Under the pieces are notes generated by a model. It was not told the DNA's origin. It was given only the letters and a program-made list of their open reading frames with translations, and made no database searches. Source: Candidatus Moanibacter sp. (GTDB lineage: Bacteria; Verrucomicrobiota; Verrucomicrobiia; Opitutales; UBA2987). Taken from it: DNA of 64,000 nt. The stretch's first letter is position 1. Each line of letters opens with the position of its first letter. This document shows positions 11,775-20,607 of the stretch, one piece after another. Made by a program: the position numbers and the translations under genes. Where the stretch lies: contig CBDCEW010000100.1 in the NCBI GenBank assembly GCA_965215885.1, forward strand, positions 139,569 to 203,568. The letters run 5' to 3'.

Positions 11775-12560
11775 ATGCTGGAAGCCGAAGAGATTGTATT
11801 CCGCAGAGGCAGACGGACGATTCTGGACAGGGTTTCGGTTCGGATCGAAACCGGAAAAGTGACGGCGTTGGTGGGGCCGAATGCGGCCGGAAAATCGACA
11901 TTGCTCAAAATGCTCACGGGAGAGTGGAGACCTTTGGAGGGTTCTATAACCCTGGAGGGACGCGCACTCAACGAGTGGACGGCGAGGGAGCTTTCGCGGA
12001 TCCGGGCGGTGCTTCCGCAAGAATCGGAGCTTAATTTTCCATTCCGCGCCATTGATGTGGTATTACTCGGCCGATTGCCCTACTCGCATCGCACTGAAAC
12101 GGGGCGGAATTATCAGATCGCGAATGCCGCTCTCGAGAGTGTGAATATGTTGGATCAGCGGGATTCTCTCTACACTACGTTGTCGGGCGGGGAAAAACAG
12201 CGTGTCCAGACTGCCCGTGTTCTTGCCCAGATTTCGGGAGACGAGAATGGTCCCTCCAGCTATCTGATGCTTGACGAACCGACCAGCAGCCTCGATCTCT
12301 CCCACCAGTTCAAGATACTTCGCTCCGCTGTTGAGTTTGCCAGCAATGGCTCGGCTGTTTTCGTCATCCTTCATGATTTAAATCACGCTTTGCGCTACTC
12401 GGATTCGGTTCTCGTTATGGATGGCGGCAGGATCGTTGTGGAAGGGCCTCCCCCGGAAGTTCTGAAACCGCAACTCGTCGAGAGGGTATTCAATGTGAAG
12501 GCGCGAATCATTGAGGATCCTTTGTCCGGCCGCCCCTCGATCGTGACCGATCCTGTCTGA
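11775..12560 (+). CDS. Heme ABC transporter ATP-binding protein (HmuV-like)
   Basis: GPNAAGKST, LSGGEKQRV, ARVLAQ, LDEPTSSLD, LHDLN. Confidence 0.9.
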   Translation: MLEAEEIVFRRGRRTILDRVSVRIETGKVTALVGPNAAGKSTLLKMLTGEWRPLEGSITLEGRALNEWTARELSRIRAVLPQESELNFPFRAIDVVLLGRLPYSHRTETGRNYQIANAALESVNMLDQRDSLYTTLSGGEKQRVQTARVLAQISGDENGPSSYLMLDEPTSSLDLSHQFKILRSAVEFASNGSAVFVILHDLNHALRYSDSVLVMDGGRIVVEGPPPEVLKPQLVERVFNVKARIIEDPLSGRPSIVTDPV

Positions 12561-12605
12561 AAGATAGCCGTTCGAAAGTTTCTCGCGGATTCTTGAACTC
12601 GAATA

Positions 12606-12633
12606 TTGACATGAGGCGGTTTTCCAGTAATAT
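12606..12633 (+). promoter_or_regulatory. Sigma70-like promoter
   Basis: TTGACA (12606-12611), 16 nt spacer, TAATAT (12628-12633). Confidence 0.55.
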
Positions 12634-12639
12634 GCGATA

Positions 12640-12765
12640 GTAGTTCTCAAAGAAGCTTTACACACTATAGAATTTGTTCATAACAATTTGTTAACTTTCT
12701 GTCCCCCGACAGAATCAGGTAGTAGTAGTAGTAATAAAAGCCGCCAACTTCGGTTGGCGGTTTTT
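12640..12765 (+). ncRNA. Candidate small RNA (~125 nt)
   Basis: Lies between a consensus promoter and an intrinsic terminator, with internal hairpins and a (GTA)5 tract. No convincing ORF. Confidence 0.4.
12736..12765 (+). terminator. Intrinsic terminator, possibly bidirectional
   Basis: aaaa-GCCGCCAAC-ttcg-GTTGGCGGT-tttt. Confidence 0.8.
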
Positions 12766-12775
12766 GTTTGCAACG

Positions 12776-13231
12776 GTGAGAGCGGTCATACAGCGAGTCA
12801 GTAAGGCATCGGTAGCAATCGACGGCGAAGTTACAGAGTCAATTGGTAAGGGGTTCCTAGTCTATCTCGGTATCGATTCAGAAGATACGCGGGAGGATGT
12901 GAAGTGGCTGAGCGGGAAAATTCCTCAAATTCGTGTTTTTCCCGACAGTGCCGGATTAATGAACCGCTCTCTACTCGACTGCGGCGGTGAAGTCCTGGTA
13001 ATTAGTCAATTCACTCTATTTGGAAGTCTGAGAAAGGGAACTCGCCCTTCCTTCAACCGCGCTGCATCACCGGAAGTAGCTGTTCCAATTTACGAAGCCT
13101 TCCTACTATCGCTTGAGGAGCAACTTGGAAAATCCGTTGCAAAGGGCGAATTCGGCGCTCTCATGAGAATTGAATCGATAAATGAAGGACCGGTTACGTT
13201 GTTCATTGATTCCAAGAACAGGAAACTGTAG
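12776..13231 (+). CDS. dtd: D-aminoacyl-tRNA deacylase
   Basis: MRAVIQRV, SQFTL, NEGPVT. GTG start at 12776. Confidence 0.95.
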   Translation: MRAVIQRVSKASVAIDGEVTESIGKGFLVYLGIDSEDTREDVKWLSGKIPQIRVFPDSAGLMNRSLLDCGGEVLVISQFTLFGSLRKGTRPSFNRAASPEVAVPIYEAFLLSLEEQLGKSVAKGEFGALMRIESINEGPVTLFIDSKNRKL

Positions 13232-13257
13232 CCCACTTTTCTCACCAGACATAGAGA

Positions 13258-13794
13258 ATGAAAGGTAAAGTCTTGGGCGAAGGCTTTTTTGATCGGCCTA
13301 CATTGACGGTGGCGCGCGAGTTGATTGGAAAGAGACTCTGTCGTAGAATTGACGGGCGCTGTGTGAAAATTCCCATTATGGAGGTTGAGGCCTATGATGG
13401 AGTTAAGGATAAGGCATCGCACGCCCACCGCGGTATTACGAAACGGAACGCAGTGATGTTCGGTCCGGCCGGCTACTGGTATGTCTACCTTTGCTATGGC
13501 ATTCACTGGCTTCTCAATATCGTGACCGGCCCTCGAGAATATCCGGCGGCAATACTCATAAGAGGCGCGGGGGAGTATAGAGGTCCCGGACGATTAACTA
13601 AGGCATTGGAGATCGATAAGAGTCATGACCGTTTGTGCGCCAAACCGCATAGCGGTCTATGGGTGGAAGAGGGTGGCCTAAGGTTACTTTCGTCAGCAAT
13701 TGTGCGGAAGCCACGGATTGGGGTGGACTATGCTGGACTCCAATGGAGCCGTAAGCCATACCGGTTTTCGATTACTCGCGGACATATTTGTTGA
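13258..13794 (+). CDS. mpg: DNA-3-methyladenine glycosylase (MPG/AAG family)
   Basis: EVEAY, YVYLCYGIH, GPGRL, PRIGV. Confidence 0.92.
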   Translation: MKGKVLGEGFFDRPTLTVARELIGKRLCRRIDGRCVKIPIMEVEAYDGVKDKASHAHRGITKRNAVMFGPAGYWYVYLCYGIHWLLNIVTGPREYPAAILIRGAGEYRGPGRLTKALEIDKSHDRLCAKPHSGLWVEEGGLRLLSSAIVRKPRIGVDYAGLQWSRKPYRFSITRGHIC

Positions 13795-14122
13795 AGAGCG
13801 CGGCATAGTCTTCCCGCACCGGGCTGAAGACATCAAGGACCGTCGCCGGACCATCCACGGGTTTGGCGGAGTGGGGAGTGAGGGACGGAATTATGAACAT
13901 CTCCCCCGGTTCGCATATACGCGTGTCTTCACCGATGGTCAGCTCCATCTTCCCTTTCAGAAGCATTCCGGCCTGCTCATGCGGATGCTTGTGGAGAGGA
14001 ATGACGGAACCCTCGTCCAATTCGAGGTAGGACAGCATGACATGTTTGCCATACGGTGTGCGCGCCCTTGCCCCCGGCGCCAGTTCTATCGGTTCGTAGT
14101 CGTCAATATTGATGAATGGCAT
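13772..14122 (-). CDS. Cupin domain protein
   Basis: HKHPHEQ, PH, DVFSPVREDY. Confidence 0.88.
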   Translation of the reverse strand: MPFINIDDYEPIELAPGARARTPYGKHVMLSYLELDEGSVIPLHKHPHEQAGMLLKGKMELTIGEDTRICEPGEMFIIPSLTPHSAKPVDGPATVLDVFSPVREDYAALFNKYVRE

Positions 14123-14181
14123 AGCATTCTCTTTCAAATTAGTGATAATCTCAAATTAGGAATCTGTCGGACTTTTGGCAC

Positions 14182-15009
14182 ATGATGAATGACAAGAACG
14201 CAAATCTCGAAGACGCTTCAATCCCGATACCTCTACAGGAATATCTGTTCGATCTTCAAGGTTATCTGAATCTTCACAAGGCCTTGACGGTTGAAGAGGT
14301 TGGGAGAATCAATCTCGAAATCGATACCGTGCCTCGTTTGCAGCGAGGAGAATGGCACCGCAATGTTCGCCGCCGCGACCAGCGCGAAGATCTAGGCGTC
14401 AATCTCCAGCAGGTGCTCGAACTAGGCGGTCCGTTCGAAGAGCTGATTGACCATCAGTCTTGGATCGATCTCGTTTTGCGCTTCGTGGGCGGAGACGACG
14501 GACTCCAACTCGCTGAGAATTTTGTAAATTTGAGGGGGCCGGGTGAGGCCATAGGATTACATTCCGGGGCCCACAAGAGGCGCATTCGTACGTGCTATCG
14601 CTATCACAACAGCCAGTTTCGTTGTGGCCAGATCAATATCCTGGTCGCGCTCACCGACATCGGTCCCGGTGACGGCGCAACCATGGTAATCCCGGGAAGC
14701 CACAAATCAAATATCATACACCCCCGGTTGGAGGAACCCCAGCAACTTTCAGGTTCCGTCGATGAAGTGGAGGGTGCGATTGAAGTTTACCTCGAAGCTG
14801 GAGACGCCCTCTTATTCGTTGATTGTCTCGCCCACGGTTCCGCCAGGCGCGTGAATGAAGGGGAGAGGCGCATCTTAATCTATCGTTACGGTCCACAATG
14901 GGGTAATTACTTCTCAGGCTATCAACCATCGGAGGAATTGTTAAACCGATTGAACGTGCGACGGAGAACGATCGTTCAGCCAGTACCCCCGATCCGACCT
15001 CCGAATTGA
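14182..15009 (+). CDS. PhyH-like Fe(II)/2-oxoglutarate-dependent oxygenase
   Basis: FDLQGY, GLHSG, DGATMVIPGSHK, GDALLF, HGS...R. Confidence 0.85.
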   Translation: MMNDKNANLEDASIPIPLQEYLFDLQGYLNLHKALTVEEVGRINLEIDTVPRLQRGEWHRNVRRRDQREDLGVNLQQVLELGGPFEELIDHQSWIDLVLRFVGGDDGLQLAENFVNLRGPGEAIGLHSGAHKRRIRTCYRYHNSQFRCGQINILVALTDIGPGDGATMVIPGSHKSNIIHPRLEEPQQLSGSVDEVEGAIEVYLEAGDALLFVDCLAHGSARRVNEGERRILIYRYGPQWGNYFSGYQPSEELLNRLNVRRRTIVQPVPPIRPPN

Positions 15010-15013
15010 CGGA

Positions 15014-16042
15014 TCAAAAGTTCCCATCTCGTTGTTCGAACTTGGTCGGCTTGTTCCAGATCTTCCCCTTCTCAAGCAGCCAATGGGCGGTCCAGGAGGC
15101 CATATCATCGATACTTACTCGAGGCCGGCCGAACAGTCTATGCGCTTTTTCAGCGTTATTGAGCCATGCTGTATCCGCTTCCTGACCGGTGTAGACAGGT
15201 GCCTTTTCGAATATCTTCCCGAATTTCGAAGCGAGTTTGCGCACGGAGAGAGTATCCGGACCCGTCACATTAATAATAGACGGCGGAGATCCGGCATTAT
15301 CCAGAGATTGGATGGAGTGCGCGATCGCGTCGCTCTGCCAGATGAGATTCACATATCCCATCGTCACGTCGACGGGTTCACCGGCCAGAACCTTTGTCGC
15401 GATATCGACTAATACACCATAATGAAATTCAACGGAGTAATTCAGCCGAATAATTGAACAATCAGTGCCGAATCTTCTCGAGGCGTGGACAAACTGTTCC
15501 TCACGATGAAGACACGAGCGCGCATAAGCTCCAACAGGCTCAGGAGGATCCGTTTCCTTTGACCCTCCCGATTCGATCGGCACGAAGGGATACACGCAGC
15601 CGGTGGAAAACGCCACAATACGGGCATCCTTGAATTTTTCCGCCACCAGCTTCGGCGCCTGAACGTTCATCCGGTCAAGTGATTCGGGCGAAGACGAGGA
15701 GCCGAACTTTTTCCCAGCCAGAAAGAAAAGGACGGCACAATCGGGTAGAGCCTCGACCTCTTCCGGGATGCTCAAATCACACTTCACAGTCGCAATGTCG
15801 CAGTCCTCGAAATCCTCGCGAGAGTGCAAACTCTGAAACCTCGATACCGCCACGACCGAATTCGATTTATTGAGTTGCCGCAGTGCATTGCTCACCGTCA
15901 TCGCCAGGTGCTTCCCAATCTTACCGCCCGCGCCCAGAATGCAAATTTCTCCTTTCACGTCTCTGAGTGCGTTCAAAACTCCCGCACCCGGTTGACTCAA
16001 GAAAGCGTCAACCTCCTTTTCCGTGTAAGGTAGTGTGATCAT
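15014..16042 (-). CDS. NAD-dependent epimerase/dehydratase family protein
   Basis: GAGGKIG, KFG, FSTGCVYP, RLNYS. Confidence 0.85.
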   Translation of the reverse strand: MITLPYTEKEVDAFLSQPGAGVLNALRDVKGEICILGAGGKIGKHLAMTVSNALRQLNKSNSVVAVSRFQSLHSREDFEDCDIATVKCDLSIPEEVEALPDCAVLFFLAGKKFGSSSSPESLDRMNVQAPKLVAEKFKDARIVAFSTGCVYPFVPIESGGSKETDPPEPVGAYARSCLHREEQFVHASRRFGTDCSIIRLNYSVEFHYGVLVDIATKVLAGEPVDVTMGYVNLIWQSDAIAHSIQSLDNAGSPPSIINVTGPDTLSVRKLASKFGKIFEKAPVYTGQEADTAWLNNAEKAHRLFGRPRVSIDDMASWTAHWLLEKGKIWNKPTKFEQRDGNF

Positions 16043-16157
16043 ATTTGTGAGAATTTTCTTTCCGCTCCGCGCGGAGCAAGCGCACTGTATAGCTACCTGG
16101 GGTTGGAAATGGTTTCAAGCCTTAGAAGGTTCGTATTTGGCGCGATTGCTTATGTTC

Positions 16158-16298
16158 CTAAACATCTTGCACCTTTTCCAACTGCTCCTCCAGAGCCGGA
16201 ATCAATTTCCGGGGTAGCGGCACCGTCCGGTCTTTGCGGCCCTTCCCGTTGTGGACGGTCGATATCGCCTCGTCGAGGTTCAGGTAATGGCACTCTCC
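16158..16298 (-). pseudogene. Fragment of a tyrosine recombinase resembling an integron integrase
   Basis: Manual translation: GECHYLNLDEAISTVHNGKGRKDRTVPLPRKLIPALEEQLEKVQDV*. Contains the GKGxKDR motif. Confidence 0.6.
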
Positions 16299-16525
16299 GA
16301 CTGCTGCACTGCCTTGGCCTGCATCAACTTCCGCGTCTTAGGTCTAAGGGAAAATCCAAGAAACTCTACTATCCTGATTTTAGGAGGGAACTCAAGTTAG
16401 TAAACCGGACCAGCACTTACCAATTTCATTGACAGCATGTTCCGGCTCCGGGAATAGTGCAGAAACTGCTCAATCACTTGTTAGGCTGACATGGAAGATC
16501 TACTAAATGGGATGAGAGGAAGACT

Positions 16526-17593
16526 ATGAAAGGCGTTGTCTATCTGGGTGAGAGCGAAGTTGAGGTTCGGGATTTTCCTCAGCCAGAACCGGGTTCAGGG
16601 CAAGTAGTCGTTGAGATGAAGGTTGCCGGTCTTTGCGGCAGCGACTTGCACAAATATCACAGCAGCCGCATATGGGCTCAGGAACGAAAAGGGATGATCT
16701 CTGGACATGAGCCTACTGGTGTTGTTGCCGAAGTGGGGCCAGATATTGACTATCCTTCCGTCGGGGATCGGGTCTGCGTTTATCACCGGGTAGGATGTGG
16801 GCGTTGCATGGATTGTCGTTCGGGTAATGCCGCATTTTGTGATGATGTGAGAGGGGCTTTTGGCCGAACGCAGGATGGTTCTCATGCTGACTATATGCTC
16901 ACGGATGCTCGTTATTGCCTTCCCTTACGCGATGAACTTTCTTTTGCCGTGGCCACGCAGCTTTCGTGTACGGCCGGCACATCATTCTCTGCGTTGCGCA
17001 AAATCCCGGCGCACTCGGGAGATACGCTTGTGGTCTTTGGTCTGGGGCCAGTTGGTCTGTCTGGATTGTTGCTGGGGATGGGGATGGGGTATCGCGGGAT
17101 TGGCGTAGATATTCACCCTTATCGGATTGAACTTGCAAAGAAGGTGGGAAAGGGGGTGGTCATCAACGCCTTGGAAAATGACCCTGTTGAGGCGATTAGA
17201 GATTTAACCGGGGGCAAAGGTGTTGGGGGTGTCCTGGAGTGTTCGGGAAGCCCGGTTGCTCGAAGGCAGGCCGCATCCGTTGCCACTCGTGGCGCCACGG
17301 TTGTGTATGTCGGCGTTGGGGAATCAGATCTGGCAGTCGATTTTGGCGATGTTTTTGAGAAAGACCTCACAATTAGGAGTAATGCGGTTTTTTCCATTGC
17401 TTCCTATTACGATGCGGTCGAATTCTTGCTCAAACACCCTGTCCCTCTGGACGACATCGTTACCCAACGTTTCACTATTGACCAAGCAGTTGAAGCCTTC
17501 TCGCTCTTTGACACAGGGGAGACAGGTAAGGTGATTTTTGAGTGGGATGATGAGGGGAGGGCCGAGATGACACCCGATGGTATTATTAAATGA
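16526..17593 (+). CDS. Zinc-binding alcohol dehydrogenase (MDR family)
   Basis: CGSDLH, GHE, CGRCMDC...C, GLGPVG. Confidence 0.92.
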   Translation: MKGVVYLGESEVEVRDFPQPEPGSGQVVVEMKVAGLCGSDLHKYHSSRIWAQERKGMISGHEPTGVVAEVGPDIDYPSVGDRVCVYHRVGCGRCMDCRSGNAAFCDDVRGAFGRTQDGSHADYMLTDARYCLPLRDELSFAVATQLSCTAGTSFSALRKIPAHSGDTLVVFGLGPVGLSGLLLGMGMGYRGIGVDIHPYRIELAKKVGKGVVINALENDPVEAIRDLTGGKGVGGVLECSGSPVARRQAASVATRGATVVYVGVGESDLAVDFGDVFEKDLTIRSNAVFSIASYYDAVEFLLKHPVPLDDIVTQRFTIDQAVEAFSLFDTGETGKVIFEWDDEGRAEMTPDGIIK

Positions 17594-17913
17594 AAGGAAA
17601 TTGCTTTTTTGCGACTAAGCCGCTGAGGTGGGGGGTTTAAAGCTCCATACCGACGGCAAAACCGTTCAGACGGAACGCAGCAGAACAAAGCTCTGCACCA
17701 GACCGCTGCACCAACATTCCTGATTCTCCTCCGCAAGCAACCTCCGCTTGCTATCGAGGTCAAGAGTTTGCCACGATCCAGCAGAAAGTTGGTGATCGCC
17801 AAATTAGCCAGAAACAAGGAAGCAAAGGTTGGGATCTAATGCCTGAGTTTCCCGTCGACGCTCCAAAGGCCTGCAAGTTCAGAACCCCCATGCTCTCGGG
17901 CCGAACGCTAGCG

Positions 17914-18948
17914 TTAGCCATCGGTTATTGTGCTATTATTATCGATCGCACGGCAGAATAGAGCCCAGTCGATATTTCCGCCCGATAGAATTAACCCCAC
18001 TTTCCTTCCCTGCATCTTGTCTTTTTCTTTCAGGAGGGCAGCGAGGGGACATGAACCCGCACCTTCAGCTATGTTGTGAGTGTCGGTAAAATAGTATCCA
18101 ATAGCGTCTAGAATTTCCTGCTCATTGAGCGTCACAATTCGCGAGACCCCTTTTAGAATACATTCGAATGCTTGTTGATTAGGAATACGTACCGCCACTC
18201 CATCCGCTAATGTATCAGCAGAGGTAGTTTCTCTGAGTTGAACATCCTCAAACGAAAGGGCGTAGGCTGGAGCATTTTCTGAAACAACGCCGACAACTTC
18301 AGTCTTAAGATTCAAGGCATTTCTGGCGGCGATCATACCACATATCCCGGAACCCATACCGATCGGCACATAAACCGTATGCAGATCGGGAACGGTTTTG
18401 AGCAACTCAACGCTATAGGTACTAACTCCTTGAACCAACAGAGGATTAAACGATGGAAACAAATGGTGTCCACGTTCTTCAGCGAGCCTTTGAGCATAGA
18501 TAAGAGCTTCATTAAAGTCCCGTCCGTGTTCAATGAGTTTAGCACCGTAGGCCTGCATGGCTCGGTTTTTCTCGTGACTATTTCCGTGCGGAACCACGAC
18601 AGTTGCTCGTAGCTTATGCCTGCGTGCGGCAAGAGCGACGCTTTGGCCATGATTCCCTCGGGTTGCGGCGATGACTCCATGTATATTTTTATTATTCTTA
18701 ATTAGATTTTCGGTATACCAGACCCCACCTCTGACCTTAAATGCTCCCGTAGGTAAATGATTCTCATGTTTAACCCACACTTCACATCCGCATCTTTTGT
18801 TCAGAAGCGGCCACGAAATCTGAGGAGTTGCACTCAGATATTTGTAGATAACCGATGCCGCTGACTCAATGTCAGCTATTGAGAAATCTAGTCCCGGCAA
18901 GCCGGGATCGGACTTTATGCCTCTTTCGAGAGAGTTATCCAGTTTCAT
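17914..18948 (-). CDS. PLP-dependent threonine/serine dehydratase family protein
   Basis: KHENHLPTGAFKVRGG, ATRGNHG, PIGMGSG, LSGGN. Confidence 0.92.
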   Translation of the reverse strand: MKLDNSLERGIKSDPGLPGLDFSIADIESAASVIYKYLSATPQISWPLLNKRCGCEVWVKHENHLPTGAFKVRGGVWYTENLIKNNKNIHGVIAATRGNHGQSVALAARRHKLRATVVVPHGNSHEKNRAMQAYGAKLIEHGRDFNEALIYAQRLAEERGHHLFPSFNPLLVQGVSTYSVELLKTVPDLHTVYVPIGMGSGICGMIAARNALNLKTEVVGVVSENAPAYALSFEDVQLRETTSADTLADGVAVRIPNQQAFECILKGVSRIVTLNEQEILDAIGYYFTDTHNIAEGAGSCPLAALLKEKDKMQGRKVGLILSGGNIDWALFCRAIDNNSTITDG

Positions 18949-19284
18949 TCCGACAGGCTGCTAGAGACAAGAAAATGAACCTGAGATTTGCGGGAAAGTG
19001 AACGAATTGTTGCAGAGCAGGTTCGCTATGGGCCATTTTGACACGATCAACCCGCGAGCCACAATCTTTCATCATCAGATTCGTATTCGAGGACGGAATA
19101 GATATGTCAATATCTCTCAAATCTCAGTTTCATTTTCTTCCAAGGAATCTGTCGGTCTCATCTGAGTCGGAGTGTCGATCTGTCACCGTGAAATCTACAC
19201 CACGGAGAAGCTAGGAATGCTAAGTCCGACAGAAAACTGAGGTAGTCCGTCAAGGGATTTTTTGAGTTTTTTCTCATGTTGTGT

Positions 19285-20595
19285 TTACAAGGCGTTGGCA
19301 TTTGCTTGCTGAAGTCTTTTCCACACCGGTGAACCGGTGCGTTGGAGCGATTGGAGATACTTTTGCTCATCGTAGCGTTCGCTATTTTGCCAACAGCGAA
19401 ACAGAATGCGGGTCCACTTGAGAGCGAGGGCACGAAGAATGGTTTGGCGGGGTTTGCCCTGTTCTTTTTTGATCTGGTAAAAGGCCTTTGCCCAGGCACA
19501 GTTTCGGATCGAATGTTCGGCAAATTCAACGAAACTTTGCCGCACGAAGGTAGGAGCCGCCCACCGCCAGTTGACCATTCGTTTCGGTTGTCCGGTTCTT
19601 TTGTCCTGCCCGCTGTTGATCGTGACCGGAGCGGATCCATTCCACTGGGTCATGTTCTGGGCCGTTTCGAAGTGCGAACGATCGGTCCCGAACGCGCACA
19701 GCAACCGGGGACTCATGACCTCGCCGGCTCCGGGAATGCCACTGAACACGGCTGCATCGGGATGGCTTCTGAATAGCTCCCTGATACGCTTCTCATACGC
19801 TTTGATCTGCGGGCACAGGGTCAAAAGCTGTCCGGCCAACGTCTGTGCTTTTCTGCTGGATGCTTCAATGATGGCTGCATCTTCGGTCAAGGCTCGTGCG
19901 TTACCGATCAATTCGAGACGCTCCTGGATTTTGGCGTCACTGCGACAGTTGTGCTTATAGAAGAACTTTCGCAAGACACCCTCCGATGCTCTGTGCAGCT
20001 TCTTGAGGGTCGGCCAACGCAATATAAAGTGCAGGCACAGGCCACTGCCTAGATCATCGAACAATTTCAAGACCAAAGGGTTATATTGCTTCAGACAACT
20101 GCCCAACTGCTGTTCGAGGCTGGTAGCCTGATCGACGAATCCACGGCGGTCCTCGCACAACAGGTTCAGCTCCCGTGTTTGGGCCGTGTCAGGTATGAAA
20201 CATTTGGTAAAAAGCTCGGGATGTTTGAGGAAAAACTCCGCGTGTATTTGCGCATCGACCGGGTCGCTCTTGGCCCCTGATGGATACAGCGCCCGGCGAT
20301 AATCCTTCGCCCTGGCCGCATGCACTGGATAGATATCGACAAACTCCAAGCCCATCAGAAAGTTGATCAACCCTCCTCGCTTCTGGTCCACCACCATGGC
20401 CATGCGCTTGCCCACGCTGGCATACTTTTCTCTCATCTCTACGGCAAATTCGTGCAAGCTGACCGCATCCTGCGCCACCTGTCGATGGGTCCCTTTTCCC
20501 GTTTCGCTCTCTATGATCCACAGATCGTTTTTCTGATCCGCCCAATCAATTCCTATCACCACACTATATCGATTTGTTTTTTCCCTTTTCTGCAT
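19285..20595 (-). CDS. IS110-family recombinase/transposase
   Basis: RuvC-like GIDWA, VVDQ and KSDPVDA; C-terminal IPGAG and APVTINSG. Confidence 0.95.
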   Translation of the reverse strand: MQKREKTNRYSVVIGIDWADQKNDLWIIESETGKGTHRQVAQDAVSLHEFAVEMREKYASVGKRMAMVVDQKRGGLINFLMGLEFVDIYPVHAARAKDYRRALYPSGAKSDPVDAQIHAEFFLKHPELFTKCFIPDTAQTRELNLLCEDRRGFVDQATSLEQQLGSCLKQYNPLVLKLFDDLGSGLCLHFILRWPTLKKLHRASEGVLRKFFYKHNCRSDAKIQERLELIGNARALTEDAAIIEASSRKAQTLAGQLLTLCPQIKAYEKRIRELFRSHPDAAVFSGIPGAGEVMSPRLLCAFGTDRSHFETAQNMTQWNGSAPVTINSGQDKRTGQPKRMVNWRWAAPTFVRQSFVEFAEHSIRNCAWAKAFYQIKKEQGKPRQTILRALALKWTRILFRCWQNSERYDEQKYLQSLQRTGSPVWKRLQQANANAL

Positions 20596-20607
20596 CCCTT
20601 TGTTCCT

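Noticed and set aside
12719..12765. Val-codon leader peptide attenuator for dtd
   Set aside because: In-frame TAA at 12692 and no start codon or RBS before the GTA run.
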